A stretch of DNA of 64,000 nt from Squalus acanthias (lineage: Eukaryota), in contig CM059433.1 of the NCBI GenBank assembly GCA_030390025.1, forward strand, positions 20,462,001-20,526,000. The letters run 5' to 3'. Of the stretch, positions 1 to 12,228 are shown piece by piece. The notes under the pieces were generated by a model. The model worked only from the letters and a program-made list of their open reading frames with translations, made no database searches and was not told the origin of the DNA. How positions within the stretch are numbered: position 1 is the first letter of the stretch; each line of letters opens with the position of its first letter. A program made the position numbers and the translations under genes.

Positions 1-845
1 CACATCCCCCCAGCCTCCAATCTCCCTCTCTCCCCCCACCCCCCCCAGCCTCCAATCTCCCTCCCTCCCCCCGCCCCCCCCAGCCTCCAATCTCCCTCCC
101 TCCCCCCACCCCTCCCTCAGCCTCCAATCTCCCTCCCTCCCCCCACCCCCCCAGCCTCCAATCTCCCTCTCTCCCCCCACCCCCAGCCTCCACTCTCCCT
201 CTCTCCCCCCACCCCCCCAGCCTCCAATCTCCCTCCCTCCCCCCCAGCCTCCAATCTCCCTCCCTCCCCCCGCCCCCCAGCCTCCAATCTCCCTCCCCCC
301 GCCCCCCCAACCTCCAATCTCCCTCCCCCCCAGCCTCCAATCTCCCTCCCTCCCCCCGCCTCCCCCAGCCTCCAATCTCCCTCCCCCCGCCTCCCCAGCC
401 TCCAATCTCCCTCCCCCCCCAACCTCCAATCACCCTCCCTCCCCCCGCCCCCCCAGCCTCCAATCTCCCTCCCCCCCAGCCTCCAATCTCCCTCCTTCCC
501 CCCCAGCCTCCAATCTCCCTCCCTCCCCCCCAGCCTCCAATCTCCCTTCCTCCCCCCGCACCCCCAGCCTCCTTCCTCCCCCCGACCCCCAGCCTCCAAT
601 CTCCCTCCCTCCCCCAGCCTCTAATCTCCTCCCTCCCCAGCCTCCCCCAGCCTCCAATCTACCTCCCTCCCCCAGCCTCAAATCTCCCTCCATCCCCCAG
701 CCTCCAATCTCCCTCCCTCCCCCAGCCTCTAATCTCCCTCCATCCCCCAGCCTCCAATCTCCCTCCCTCCCCAGCCTCCAATCTCCCTCCCTCCCCCAGC
801 CTCCAATCTCCCTGTCTCCCTCAGCCTCCAATCTCCCTCCATCCC
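1..845. repeat. C-rich minisatellite, unit about 25-30 bp (CCCCCAGCCTCCAATCTCCCTCCCT)
   Basis: Core CAGCCTCCAATCTCCCT repeated about 30 times with variable C runs; runs off the window start. Confidence 0.97.
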
Positions 846-1482
846 TCTGCTCAATCTTCCCAGGTTGAATCCAAATTTGCATTACAATATGCTGACTTAT
901 ATACCTTAGTTGGTTGCAAGTTTCTTATCAAAATGCCCTTTAATGGTATGGTCAGCATGTCCTGGTCACACTTGGTTCACATCACCTTTCTGAGCTGCAT
1001 GATGAATTGATGACCTGGAATGGCCCTTCTGATATGGGTGAACCTGACTCAACCGTCAGCATTTCATCTTTTCGGGTTTTCATCTTTCTTAGCTTGACTA
1101 AAGTAAGGCAGTTTCTCTTATCTTTCCTTGCCGAGATCACCAGGCCATTCTTTAGTTAAGTTTTAACGAGGTTAGTAACAGGCAGTACCATGCATGGATA
1201 TTCTCAAGGTTCAGAGAATGATGTGAATGCCAAGTGGAAGCTGCCTTTCCACACAAGGGGCCCAGAATGGTGATTCAGACAGAGAACTGAATCTTCTGTC
1301 TACATTTGTGTACTGGTGCTTTATTTTACTGGAGTCAGCATTCTACATTTTAACACTTGTCGCCCATGTCAACCGATGTGCCTCGACATAATACTCTCCA
1401 CCCTCAGTTTAAGAGCAGTGTTGAAGTGGTGTAAAGCTGGGTTAGGTTGCCCCCTCTTTATTAATGTTGATTTAGGTTTAGC

Positions 1483-1917
1483 AGTACCGCAGTCAGCTTT
1501 GGCTCACTCTGGCCTCTGAGTCAGACGGCTCAAGCCTCACTCCAGAGATTTCAGCACATAATCTAACGTGGTACTTAGAGATTGCTGCACTGTCAGAGGT
1601 GCGTCTTTTGGCTGAAGCGTTAAACTGTGGCCACCTCTGCTGTCTCAAGTGGACGTAAAAGATCCCGTGGCACTATTTGAAGAAGAGCAGGGGAGTCCCC
1701 CTGGTTTCCTGCTCAGCATTAATCCCTCAACCAACATCACTTAAAAAAACAGATTATCCAGCCATTTATCTCATTGCTGTTTGTGGGATCTTACTGTGCA
1801 CAAATTGACTGCCACATTTCCCTGCATTGCAACAGTGACTATACTCAAGAATTGGCTGTAAAGCACTTTGGGACGTCCTGAGGATGTGGAAGGTGTTATA
1901 TAAATGCAAGTTCTTTC
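1483..1917 (+). mobile_element. tRNA-derived Deu-domain SINE (SacSINE1/DeuSINE-like) with L2-type tail
   Basis: Deu core GTGGACGTAAAAGATCCCGTGGCACTATTTGAAGAAGAGCAGGGGAG...ATCCCTCAACCAACATCAC; tail TATATAAATGCAAG; homologous copies at 16908, 32205, 53505, 57640. Confidence 0.85.
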
Positions 1918-2239
1918 ATTTGATTTTATGAAGGTTAAAGTATACAGCTGTTGAAACTGGAACAATGCGTTCCCTCTTGTGTTGGGTTGTTTCGAAGCAT
2001 TGACCCAGAAATTTGGTGGGGGAAGGGGGTGTTCTCCCAATCCCCCGCTGTAACTTTGGTGAGAGACTGGGGAAACCCCCCAGGGATTGGCCTAAATGGC
2101 CATTTTCAGCCATTCTTTTCATTGTTTTCCAGAAGTTTTGGCTATCTCCCACCAAAGTTCCAGCAAGAGACCAGGAGAGCCCCCGTGGAATTTCAATGAT
2201 GCTATGCCATGCAGAGCTAGTGTGCATCAGCTTGTAGTT

Positions 2240-3590
2240 GCCCTGTTTCTTTCTCTTCCTCTCTGCCTCTTACCCACTCGTTCCCTGCTCCACTCTTCCT
2301 TTTCCCCACATTTCATTTCCTCTCCCCTCCCTCTTCTCTCTCTTCCCTCCACCACCCTCCCCTCTCCTTCCCCTCCTCCACCCTCCCCTCCCCTTCCTCT
2401 CCTCCACCCTCCCCTTCCCCTCCTCCACCCTCCCCTCTCCTTCCCCTCCTCCACCCTCTCCTTCCTCCACCCTCCCCTCTCTTCCCTTCCACCACCCTCC
2501 CCTCCCCTCCCCCTCCTCCACCCTCCCCTCTCCTTCCCCTCCACCACCCTCCCCTCCCCTCTCCTCCACCCTCCACCACCCTCCCCTCTCCTCCACCCTC
2601 CACCACCCTCCCCTCTGCTTCCCCTCCACCACCCTCCCCTCTCCTTCCACTCCACCACCCTCCCCTCCCCTCTCCTCCACCATCCTCCCCTCTCCTTCCC
2701 CTCCACCACCCTCCCCTCTCCTTCCCCTCCACCACCCTCCACTCTCCTTCCACTCCACCACCCTCCCCTCCCCTCTCCTCCACCATCCTCCCCTCTCCTT
2801 CCCCTCCACCACCCTCCCCTCTCCTTCCACTCCACCACCCTCCCCTCTCCTTCCACTCCACCACCCTCCCCTCTCCTTCCCCTCCACCACCCCCCCTCCC
2901 CTTCCTCTCCTCCATCATCCTCCACCCTCCCCTCCCCTTCCCCTCCTCCATCATCCTCCACCCTCCCCTCTCCTTCCCCTCCTCCCTCCTTCTCCCTCCC
3001 CTCTCCTTCCCCTCCTCCACCCTCCCTTCTCCTTCCCCTCCTCCTCCCTCCCTTCTCCTTCCCCTCCTCCTCCCTCCCCTCTCCTTCCCCTCCTCCTCCC
3101 TCCCCCTCCTCCACCCTCCCCTCTCTTCCCTTCCACCACCCTCCCCTCCCCTCCCCTTCCTCTCCTCCACCCTCCCCTCCCCTCCCCTTCCTCTCCTCCA
3201 CCCTTCCCTCTCCTTCCCCTCCACCACCCTTCCCTCTCCTTCCCCTCCACCACCCTCCCCATCCTCCACCCTCCTCTCTCCTTCCCCTCCTCCACCCTCC
3301 ACTCCTCCACCCTCCCTTCTCCTTCCTCTCCTCCACCCTCCCCTCTCACTTCTCTTCCATACCCTTTGCATCATTCCCTACCTCTGTCTTTCCTCCTCTC
3401 CCTCTTTATCCTTCTCTCTCTCCTCCTCGCTTCTCTTTCCCTCCCCTCATTTTCCCTCCTCTCTTCCCGTCTTGTACCCTTTCATCTTTCATCCCTCCTT
3501 TTCCCTTCCTTCTCTCCTCCTCTCATCCCCTTTCTTTTCTCCATCCCTTCTTCTTGCCCCACTCTTCTCCCTCCTTTCTTCAAATTATTA
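2240..3590. repeat. Polypyrimidine/polypurine tandem array (CCCTCCCCTCTCCTTCCCCTCCACCA-like unit)
   Basis: About 1.3 kb almost devoid of G on the + strand, with recurring CCCTCCCCTCTCCTTCCCCTCCACCAC units. Confidence 0.97.
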
Positions 3591-3599
3591 AACTTATTT

Positions 3600-3955
3600 C
3601 ATAGAATCATAGAATGGTTACAGCACAGAACGAGGCCATTCAGCCCGTCGAGCCTGTGCTGGCTCTCTGCAAGAGCACTTCAGCTAGTCCCACTCCCCAG
3701 CTCTTTCCCCGTAGCCCTGCAATTTTTTTTCCTTCAGGTACTTATCCAACTCCCTTTTGAAAGCCACGATTGAATCTGCCTCCACCACCCATTCAGGCAG
3801 TGCATTCCAGATCATAACCACTCGCTGCGTAAAAAAGTTTTTCCTCATGTCACCTTTGGTTCTTCTGCCAATCACCTGAAATCTGTGTCCTTTGGTTCTC
3901 AACCCTTCCAGCAATGGGAACAGTTTCTCTCAATCTACTCTATCGAGACCCCTCT
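3600..3955 (-). mobile_element. CR1 LINE 3' fragment
   Basis: ORF2 C-terminus RTKGHRFQV...KNFFTQRVVMIWNALP...LQGYGERAGEWD and (ATTCTATG) tail. Confidence 0.92.
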
Positions 3956-4058
3956 TACACTATTACCTGTCTTTTGTTTCAAATACTTTAGATATTGATG
4001 GCAAATATTTTAATATCAATATTTGATTCCTGTATTTTGTCATGTGACAGCTTTCTTG

Positions 4059-4755
4059 TATCCCAGAGGCGCAGGTAGTTCGCAGCATTCCTGGGATCAC
4101 GTGCGCCATGGAGAGCCAATCACAGAAGGGAATCTCCCTTCATACACTTGACAGGAAGACCTGTCAAATATATGAATGGAGATCACCCCAAAACATAGTA
4201 AAACATTAAATACTTTTTTTTTAAATCACATTTTTTAAATGACTTGAAATTACAATAAATTAACTATTTTAAACAAAAATTTTAATTTTTGAAAAAAATA
4301 GTAAGTTTTTTACGGGGCTAAAAATAAACTTACCTTTTTTTAAAAGTATTTTTAAATGATAAATCAGTGGGAAAAAAAATTTGAACTTTTTTTCAACTCT
4401 TATCCTGGTAAAAGCAGGCCTTACGCCTGCTTTTACCAGGTGCAAGAATTGTAAGGGTTTTCTTTTATTTATTTAAACCCTTACGCTGGTAAAAGAAGGC
4501 CCCACGCCTGCTTTTACCAGGCGTTTGAGTTTCACAGGCATTCGCTGGGCAGGAATAGCCCAACTCTCCACCAGCGGATGTCCATTTCCCGGGGATGCGG
4601 TGGATCTGTCCAGCTGAAACTTGACAGATCGCAAGTTCCGGTTTTTCGCCCATGTGCCGCGCACACGGAAACCCGGAACTTGCGGGGCACTTACAGCCGC
4701 GTACGCACCGTGTAAGCACCGCGTGCGCGGTCATAGACCCTGGAAAATCCGGGCT
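4059..4755. mobile_element. Harbinger/PHIS-like MITE (family A), one end truncated
   Basis: Terminus GGAAAATCCGGGCT followed by AAT; shared internal blocks with 51140-51905 and 62553-62996. Confidence 0.8.
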
Positions 4756-6859
4756 AATGTGTAAACAATGGTGTGTGTTTGTATGAAGCATCTTGGTTTG
4801 AAAAGAAAGATACCCACCTAGAGGCTTCTTGGTGTTAGTACTGCTTTGATGCTGACACAAGGGTAAATGTGTTTTGGACACTGCACAGAAACTCAGTTCT
4901 GTAGTCAAAGAACCGAGCCACTATTGACATATCTGGAACAGTGCTATTGTTGTTTTGCTGGCTTCACGGCTTTAATGTGTGCCAGCGAGGCAGAAAGCTA
5001 TAGAATTGAAACAGGAATTACTCTGGGATTCATCAATAATCCTGACAGTATGGCCTTTGTCCCTGAAGCTATACATGAAGTATTGCTCATTTGCTTTCAG
5101 AGGAGACGCGCAGTATAGAGACTTCACAGTGGAGAGAGAATAAATGTGATTGTAATTAACTTTACGGAATTTCAGCACTGTGTAATTTTTACCAGTAATG
5201 GCATATATCACAATGTCACTGAGAAGCACAGCAGATGTGACAAAGTGGTATTAGTGCAGCATTTATGCTCCTACCTGCAAAGCAATTGCATATTATTTTG
5301 TGAGAAGTGAAGTGGCTCCAAGAAGCATGCATGGCAAAGCAAAGCAATCAGAACCAAAGAATTAGCTCGAAGGGCTTATAGCTTCCCTTGCTCGACAATG
5401 GAGTTTTGTGGAAATTTTTAAAGAGTAAGGTGCACAAGATGAGTTTAATTCAACATTGCACAACTCCCATTCTTTAACAATTGCATGGCAACTGTCTTGC
5501 TGTGCAGATTTGTATTAAGATTGGTAGTCTGACCATGTTGGCATTTTGTTGAAGTTGTTGCTAGATTTGTTTCTTTAAGCTTCTGTGAGTCTCTCCAAAT
5601 TACACTTGTAATTTCTTTTTCTCTCTGGATGTTGTGAACTTCCAATTTCGATAGTTAAAACTTCTTTTGACACACTGCTGCTTCACCTGAACCTTTTCTG
5701 TGCTGAAAGATCAGAGCCTCTTTGGCTTTATAATTGAAGAAACTTTTATGACACATCAGATGTTTCTGCTCCCCCTCGTGATTTTTTTTCATAATATCTT
5801 ATAGCAAAGTGCCTGTGTTTTATGATCTTCTAATGTGGGCCTGATGGCTCCACTGGGAGCTTTGTGAATGCAAGAAATATAAATTTAAAGGTCACTTGGG
5901 CACTTTGCTTGATCAATAAAGGCACTACATTATTATTAATGAATACCAAAGATTGTATATGCTTTTACAGTTTATATCTGGCCATGGCACACCTTTTAAA
6001 AAGCAGCTATTCGGAATTAGTCTGGTTTGACATTTCACAAAGAATGGTTTTACAGATCACTGCAGTGTTGTTACCTTACCACTTTTTTTCAGTGCAAGAA
6101 TATTGTTGGAGACAAGTTTCAAAGAAATGATTTAAGAGCGGCTGTTAATTGGAAAACGGCCCTTTTTGCAAATTCAGCCTCTTCAAAGCATTCAGCGCTG
6201 ACTTTTAATCTATGTTTTCTACATTTCAGTTTTTCCCTAAATTGTATTGAAGAAAGAAATGTCCATGATGAAATACGTGTGCATGTTTTACTCTGTGCAA
6301 GAGTTAAGGTACTGTTGTTATATATTTGTGCTGAAGAGGCAGTGGTTCTTCATTCCACAGTTATAACTTGGCTTGCTGAGGTACTAATTCAATTACATTC
6401 TATTAGCTGCCCTGAAGTGGAAAATTAAATGATGACTTCAAGAGATACGGAAACTGAAAGTGTTTATAAATGCGAAGAGAAATAAAATGTCCTTCGCTAT
6501 TGTGTGTTCAAATTCAAATAAATCAGACTTGTTTGTTTTTAATCAGTGAACATGAGCTGAGATGAATATTTGGAGACATGACCTTCAGAGCTCCAGAGGA
6601 AGGTTTATCCATCAGAGAACAGAATTGGCCTTTTGAAATTTTGAATTATGCAAAAAAGTATTTCCACATGCAAAAGGCTGCCATTGTCAACCGATGTGGA
6701 TACAGATTCTAAAATCAAAGTATGTTAACAAGACAAGTGTCATTTACCAAGAGTTTTACTGTATCAGGGTTAGAAACATTAGTTACTGGTGAAGAAAGGT
6801 GCCCAGGTCCTACAACGGGAGCACAGCAGAGTTTGCAGCTGGGTTGCTATTGGAATTAA

Positions 6860-7450
6860 AATCGGAGCCTCATGTATTCATGGGTGGGACAGAGCTTGCC
6901 AAGTGGAAATTGAAAGACACCTAAGGATGTTAGTTATTTGCACATAATAGCCTCGGTTTTAACCGAGAGCAGGAATCGGGCACGTGGGAGGAGTGGGGGG
7001 GGGGGGGTGGGTGAGGAGAATGGGGGCTAGGCGACCACTAAACCCCCAACCGACCGAAACACCATCAGGCCTTGGAGATTTTAACGCCTGGGCCCCATCT
7101 GCATGCTGCCGGTCAGGTGCCTGCCCGAAATGGGTGAGAAGTGGTAGCTGGCCAATGGGCAGGAGCGCAATATCAGGCAGCAGGAGGCCACCGGCCAGCA
7201 CCAGAGGAACTGTCGCCAGCAACGAGGTAAGTCATGGGGAGGGGGTTTCAGGAGGGTTTTGCAAGAGGGATGGGGGTAACCCAGGGCAGGGGAGGCCAAA
7301 ACTTTCCCTGTGGGGCTGAGAGGAGAACTCCTGCTCCCCCTGGGCTCACAAGAATTTTTTTTAAAAACCTGCCTGTTTGGGCCTTTTCTGGCCCGGGATC
7401 ATCTTCCTCCTGTAAGGAGTTTCATCTGCAAACTTGGATGTAAAACTCTC
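6860..7450. mobile_element. Degenerate non-autonomous DNA transposon fragment
   Basis: GC-rich blocks similar to 45326-45720 and 60254-60812 (GGTAAG...CTCCTGCTCC.CCTGGGCTCACAAG). Confidence 0.45.
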
Positions 7451-8347
7451 TATTCCTGCATCCTTTCTGCTATAAGAAAGATGTAAACCAAAAAAATCAT
7501 ATTCCAGTAGTTGCAACAATGAAAGAGACAGCACCCTCCTTTTCTAAATTCTTACATTCAAAAGCCAAAGTGAAAACGCGAGAAAAATCTATATATTTAC
7601 TATAGCCTCTCAGAGGCTTCTAAAGAGCATTGGAATAACCTCTGTTTTAGGATAATTGCTGATCTATTAAGTTATTCTGAAGCAATGATTTTCAAGGGGC
7701 CTTATCAACTTCACATGATGATAGATTAACATTGGCTTGAAAGGACCTCTTCCTTCCTATTTCCAATAAGTTAGCCACAGTTACCACAGCATCTCCACTA
7801 CCTTGGTCACTGTAATCCAGTTTATAAGATTTGATGCAGCACCTTTTCTGATGCTAAATCAAATGTTAGGCCATCAATTTATGAGTGAGAGTTGTAGAGG
7901 GAATATGTGACTGGATTACTTCAGTAAGGTTTTGCAAGTTGGGCCTTAACACATTGGGGTAAGATGCTGTTAGAAAGCCAGTAGACACCTTGCCCTATAT
8001 GTTGACAGTCATGTCCCAAGGTGACTATTTTACACTGAAGTATTTCTTCATTTTTAAAAAACAAATACCTTTTAGAAGTACACAAACCATTCTTCGCTGT
8101 TCTTTCAATACCAAATGATTCTACTTTATTCCCTCCCCACACAAGACCTTCCTTCTTCAGAGAGCAAAGAACCAGATGGAGATTTTTATGATGACTCAGT
8201 CTAGCGCCAATCAGTTTAACAAACTATCCGCCTACAAAACAAAAAGGAGAACTGTTAATATTTGGTGACTCACATCAGAGTACAAGCTGCTGCTCCAGAT
8301 CACGGAGACAATCTTGCACCTTGAATTTTATGCCTAGATTTGATAAC

Positions 8348-8469
8348 TGTAACAGAGCCACCTGGTGGACTACTGATGTATATAATAATAAAGCCATATG
8401 CAGTACAGTTCTTACCGGAAGCCATGTTGTGCTGTTGTGTATATATATGCTGTGTCCCAAGATATCACA
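8348..8469 (+). repeat. 5' LTR (122 bp)
   Basis: Direct repeat of 14210-14347; TATATAA and AATAAA present. Confidence 0.95.
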
Positions 8470-8473
8470 GAAC

Positions 8474-8491
8474 TGGCAATAAGGATGCGAT
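8474..8491 (+). promoter_or_regulatory. Primer-binding site, tRNA-Ser(GCT)-type
   Basis: TGGCAATAAGGATGCGAT matches TGGCGACGAGGATGGGAT at 14/18, with 3 differences explicable by CpG decay. Confidence 0.75.
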
Positions 8492-11199
8492 TGCGGATTC
8501 CCTAGCTGAAATTTTTGTTGGAGGATAATCCTGCCAACCGATGGAGGGACTGTTAGAGGTTCTTTGTTTTGCAGAAAAACTTAAAAATCTGAGGTAAATT
8601 TCGAGCACACGTAACCAAACTGTCGACGTTGCCAGAGTCCAGATGGCCGTGCCTATGGGAATAATAGGGCACTTGGGTGAGTTCCATCGCGACTGAGAGA
8701 GTTTCGGAGCGTATGTGGAGCGGCTAGAAATGTTTTTCACCGTGAATAGTATTGTCGAAGTCCCCAATGATGTAAACCTTAACCGGGCGGTTTTAGAAAT
8801 GAAACGGGCTATTTTTTTTGACTGAAGCAGGACCCGAGGTGTATGAAATCCTGAAAAATGTGCTTGTTCCCGCCAAGCCGAAGGACACGCCACTGAAGGA
8901 GATCCTAACCAAGTTAGAACAGCACTACAGTCCTGACCCCCTGGAAATTGCTGAAAGTTATCGTTTTGGAACACGTGATCAATTAAATGACGAGGGTATC
9001 AGTGAATACATTGTAGCTTTAAAAAAGCTATCCATTCACTGTCATTTCGGAAACTTTCAGGACCGAGCTTTGCGTGACCGCATTGTTTGTGGGTTGAAAA
9101 ATGAACGTATCAGAAGTAAATTGTTGACAACCCCTAACTTGACTTTTGACTTAGCTTGTCGGACAGCTGTGTCGATGGATATGGCCGACCGATACTCCCG
9201 AGAGTTCCGCGCCATTTCCAGTCATCAGACAACCGAGGTGAATCGGCTGCAAGCTAAAAGTAAAAGGCAGTTGGGCCCCAAGGCCTCAGCAACTGGCCAA
9301 GGTAACAGTGCATTGAAGTCATGCTATCGGTGCCTGGGACAACACATCGCTCAATGCTGTCTATTTGTGAAGGCAGAGTGTTTCTACTGCAAGAAAACTG
9401 GGCATCTTGCGAAGGCGTGTCGACAGAAGAGTAAACCAACTGGCAATGCTAGAGGTAGAAATCGGCAGACACTACATACCGTTGAAGAGAAGCAGCAGGA
9501 CGAGGAGTTTCTGGAGATTCACGTCATCAGGAGCACGAAGGTATCTAACAATTTGCAAGATATCGTCATCCAAGTAGATGTCGCAAGAACCAGGATATCC
9601 ATGGAAATCGACATTGGTGCATCTGTGAGCGTTGTACCGGAATCACTATATCGCGACAAATTGCGTGATTATCGACTAGTGAAATCGAAGGTAGAGCTGC
9701 GAGGCTACTCAGGAGAGCAAATCCCTGTAGTAGGAAGTGTCACCATACCAGTGAAATACAAGGATCAGTGTCAGAGCTTGCCTCTCATAGTAGTGGCAAG
9801 AGACAAGCCTGCCTTGATAGGTAGAAATTGGTTGGAACCACTGAAGCTGGATTGGAATGAGATTTTCCGTGTGGAAACGAAATTTTCATTGAAAGATGAT
9901 ATCATGAAGCAGTATCCGAAGGTGTTCAGCGAAATGGGCAGTCCGATCCAAGACTTCAAGGCGAGTGTCAGAGTGCAGAAGGACACAAGACCAGTTTACT
10001 GCAAGCCACGTCCTGTACCATACGCACTCAAGGAGAAAGTTGAGCAAGAGCTCAAAAGTCTAGAAACATTATCTCTAAGGTAGATCTGAGTAATTGGGCT
10101 ACAACCATTGTTGTTGTACCTAAGTCAGATGGTAAGGTAAGGTTGTGTGGTGATTATAAGGTAACCGTAAACTAGGTTCTAGAGTGTAATCTACTCAATA
10201 TGTTGCCAAATTTGGAAGATTTGTTCACAACGCTGACAGGTGACCAGATCTTTTCAAGTTAGATCTAACAAACGCCTACCTACAACTTGAGTTAGATGAA
10301 GAGTCCAAGTCATGCTTGACTATAAATACTCACCGAGGTCTATATCAGTTCAATAGGCTACTATTTGGAGTGTCTTCTGCCCCTGACATATTCCAGGGGG
10401 TGATGAACCAAATTTTGCAAGGGATTGAAGGGGTAGTGTGTTATTTGGATGATATACTCATTTCAGCACCAAACAGGCAAATCCATGATGAGGTGTTGAA
10501 TGAAGTGCTCAAACGACTAGAGAAGCACAGAGTACGAGTGACAGCTCACAAGTGTGAGTTGTTTCAAAACTCAGTGGAGTACTTAGGGCACAGAGTAGAC
10601 AAAGATGGTTTACATCCAACCAAGGGAAAGCTGGATGCAATCAGAAATGCACCCACTCCCAAGAATGTCTCTGAACTTCGATAATTTTGGGGTTTTTGAA
10701 TTATTATGGAAAGTTCCTCCCAGACTTGGCTATATTGTTACATCCACTGAATGAACTGTTGAGAAAACAGGTCCCTTGGAAGTGGTCAAAAGAATGCGAC
10801 ACAGCATTCAAAGAGTGTAAAAGCCAGTTAGTAGAGAGTACCATGTTAGTTCACTATGATGTATCTAAGGAGATCAAGCTGGTGTGTGACGCCTCTCCGT
10901 ACGGAATTGGGGCAGTGATCTCTCATGTACTAGATAGTAGGGAGGACAGACCAATTGCTTTTGCTTCACGCACTCTGAGTGCCAGTGAGCGGAATTATGC
11001 ACAGATCGAAAGGGAAGCTTTGTCATTGATTTTTGGGGTCAAGAAGTTTCACAAATACTTGTTTGGTCGTAAGTTTACCATAGTTACTGACTATAAGTCC
11101 CTGACAGCAATCCTCCATCCAAAGTCCCCAGTTCCAACCTTAGCTGCAGTGCGAATGCAGAGATGGGCTTTGATTTTGTCAGCGTATACGTGTGACATT

Positions 11200-11962
11200 G
11201 GCCCAGAAATTTGACTCGGAGGCTTGCCGCAGGGGTAAGGATCACGCGCGATATCACACTCCGCGCCGGCCGTTGTGTTTTGGGCCCACAGGAACTTCGG
11301 GTCCTGGGCCTCTCCCTGGTGCCGGCGCGCAGTGTGTGCGTGTCCCAGGGGCGCAGTTAGTGCGATGCAACCTCTGGGATCACGTGGGCCATGGAGAGCC
11401 AATGGCAGCACACCATCTTTCATTCATAGATTTGACAGGAGACCTGTCAAATCTGTGAATTGAAAGAGACCCCAAAAGAACAGCTAAACCTCAAATAAAT
11501 TTAAAAAAAACCCATCACATTAATAAAATAACTATAGTTAAATAAATTAACCACTTTAAACAAAAATTTAAATTTTTGAAAAAATTAAAAATTTTTTTAA
11601 AGTTATAAAAATAAACTTACCTTTCTTTAAAGTCTCTAAAAAAGATAAACCTGTTGAAAAAAATTAAAAATTATACTTAATTAACTACTTACCTTGTTCA
11701 AAAGGGGTCTTACGCCTCCTTTTTTCTTGTGTAAAATTTTCCATACTTACCCTCGCGTTGAAACCTGAAAAAAAACCTAAGTGTGCTGCATGCGCACAGC
11801 CTGTAGTGCGCACGTGGTTCACCTAGGAACCGCCCCCTTCGACATACCGGAAGTGCCGGTTTCCCACGCATGCGCAGTGCATGCAGGAAACCGGCACTTC
11901 GGGACCGAATACGGGTGAGTACGCAGCGGGTACTCTCCCGTATTCGGCCAAATTTTTGGGCC
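11200..11962. mobile_element. MITE family A nested in Gypsy pol
   Basis: TIR GGCCCAGAAATTTG / CAAATTTTTGGGCC; ATT duplicated; removal restores the frame AYTCDIKYR. Confidence 0.92.
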
Positions 11963-12006
11963 ATTAAGTACAGACGATCAGCTGATCACAGTAATGCTGA
12001 TGCTAT

Positions 12007-12228
12007 TACAATAGCAAAATACTGCGGATGCTGGAAATCCGAAATAACAACAGAAAACGCTGGAAAAACTCAGCAGGCCAGGCAGCATCCGTGGAGAGAG
12101 AAACAGAGTTAACGTTTCAGGTCGAAGACCTTCTGACGAAAGGTCTTCGACCTGAAACGTTAACTCTGTTTCTCTCTCCACGGATGCTGCCTGGCCTGCT
12201 GAGTTTTTCCAGCGTTTTCTGTTGTTAC
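12007..12228. mobile_element. Penelope-like element end inserted as a fold-back, containing a minimal hammerhead ribozyme core
   Basis: 15-bp TSD TAATGCTGATGCTAT (11992-12006, 12229-12243); perfect 88-bp inverted arms 12045-12132 and 12140-12227; CTGACGA-stem-GAAA-CGTT motif. Confidence 0.8.

Noticed and set aside
117..3773. Long Pro/Ser/Leu- and Gly/Glu/Arg-rich ORFs (up to 511 aa)
   Set aside because: Open on both strands and in several frames only because the tandem repeats lack stop codons
8818..10083. 421-aa ORF as a domesticated gag/protease gene
   Set aside because: Upstream stop in gag, altered protease motif (DIGA), a damaged first zinc knuckle and many downstream stops indicate neutral decay
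12045..12227. Canonical pre-miRNA or MITE
   Set aside because: A 15-bp TSD, asymmetric extension and the hammerhead core fit a Penelope-type inversion better
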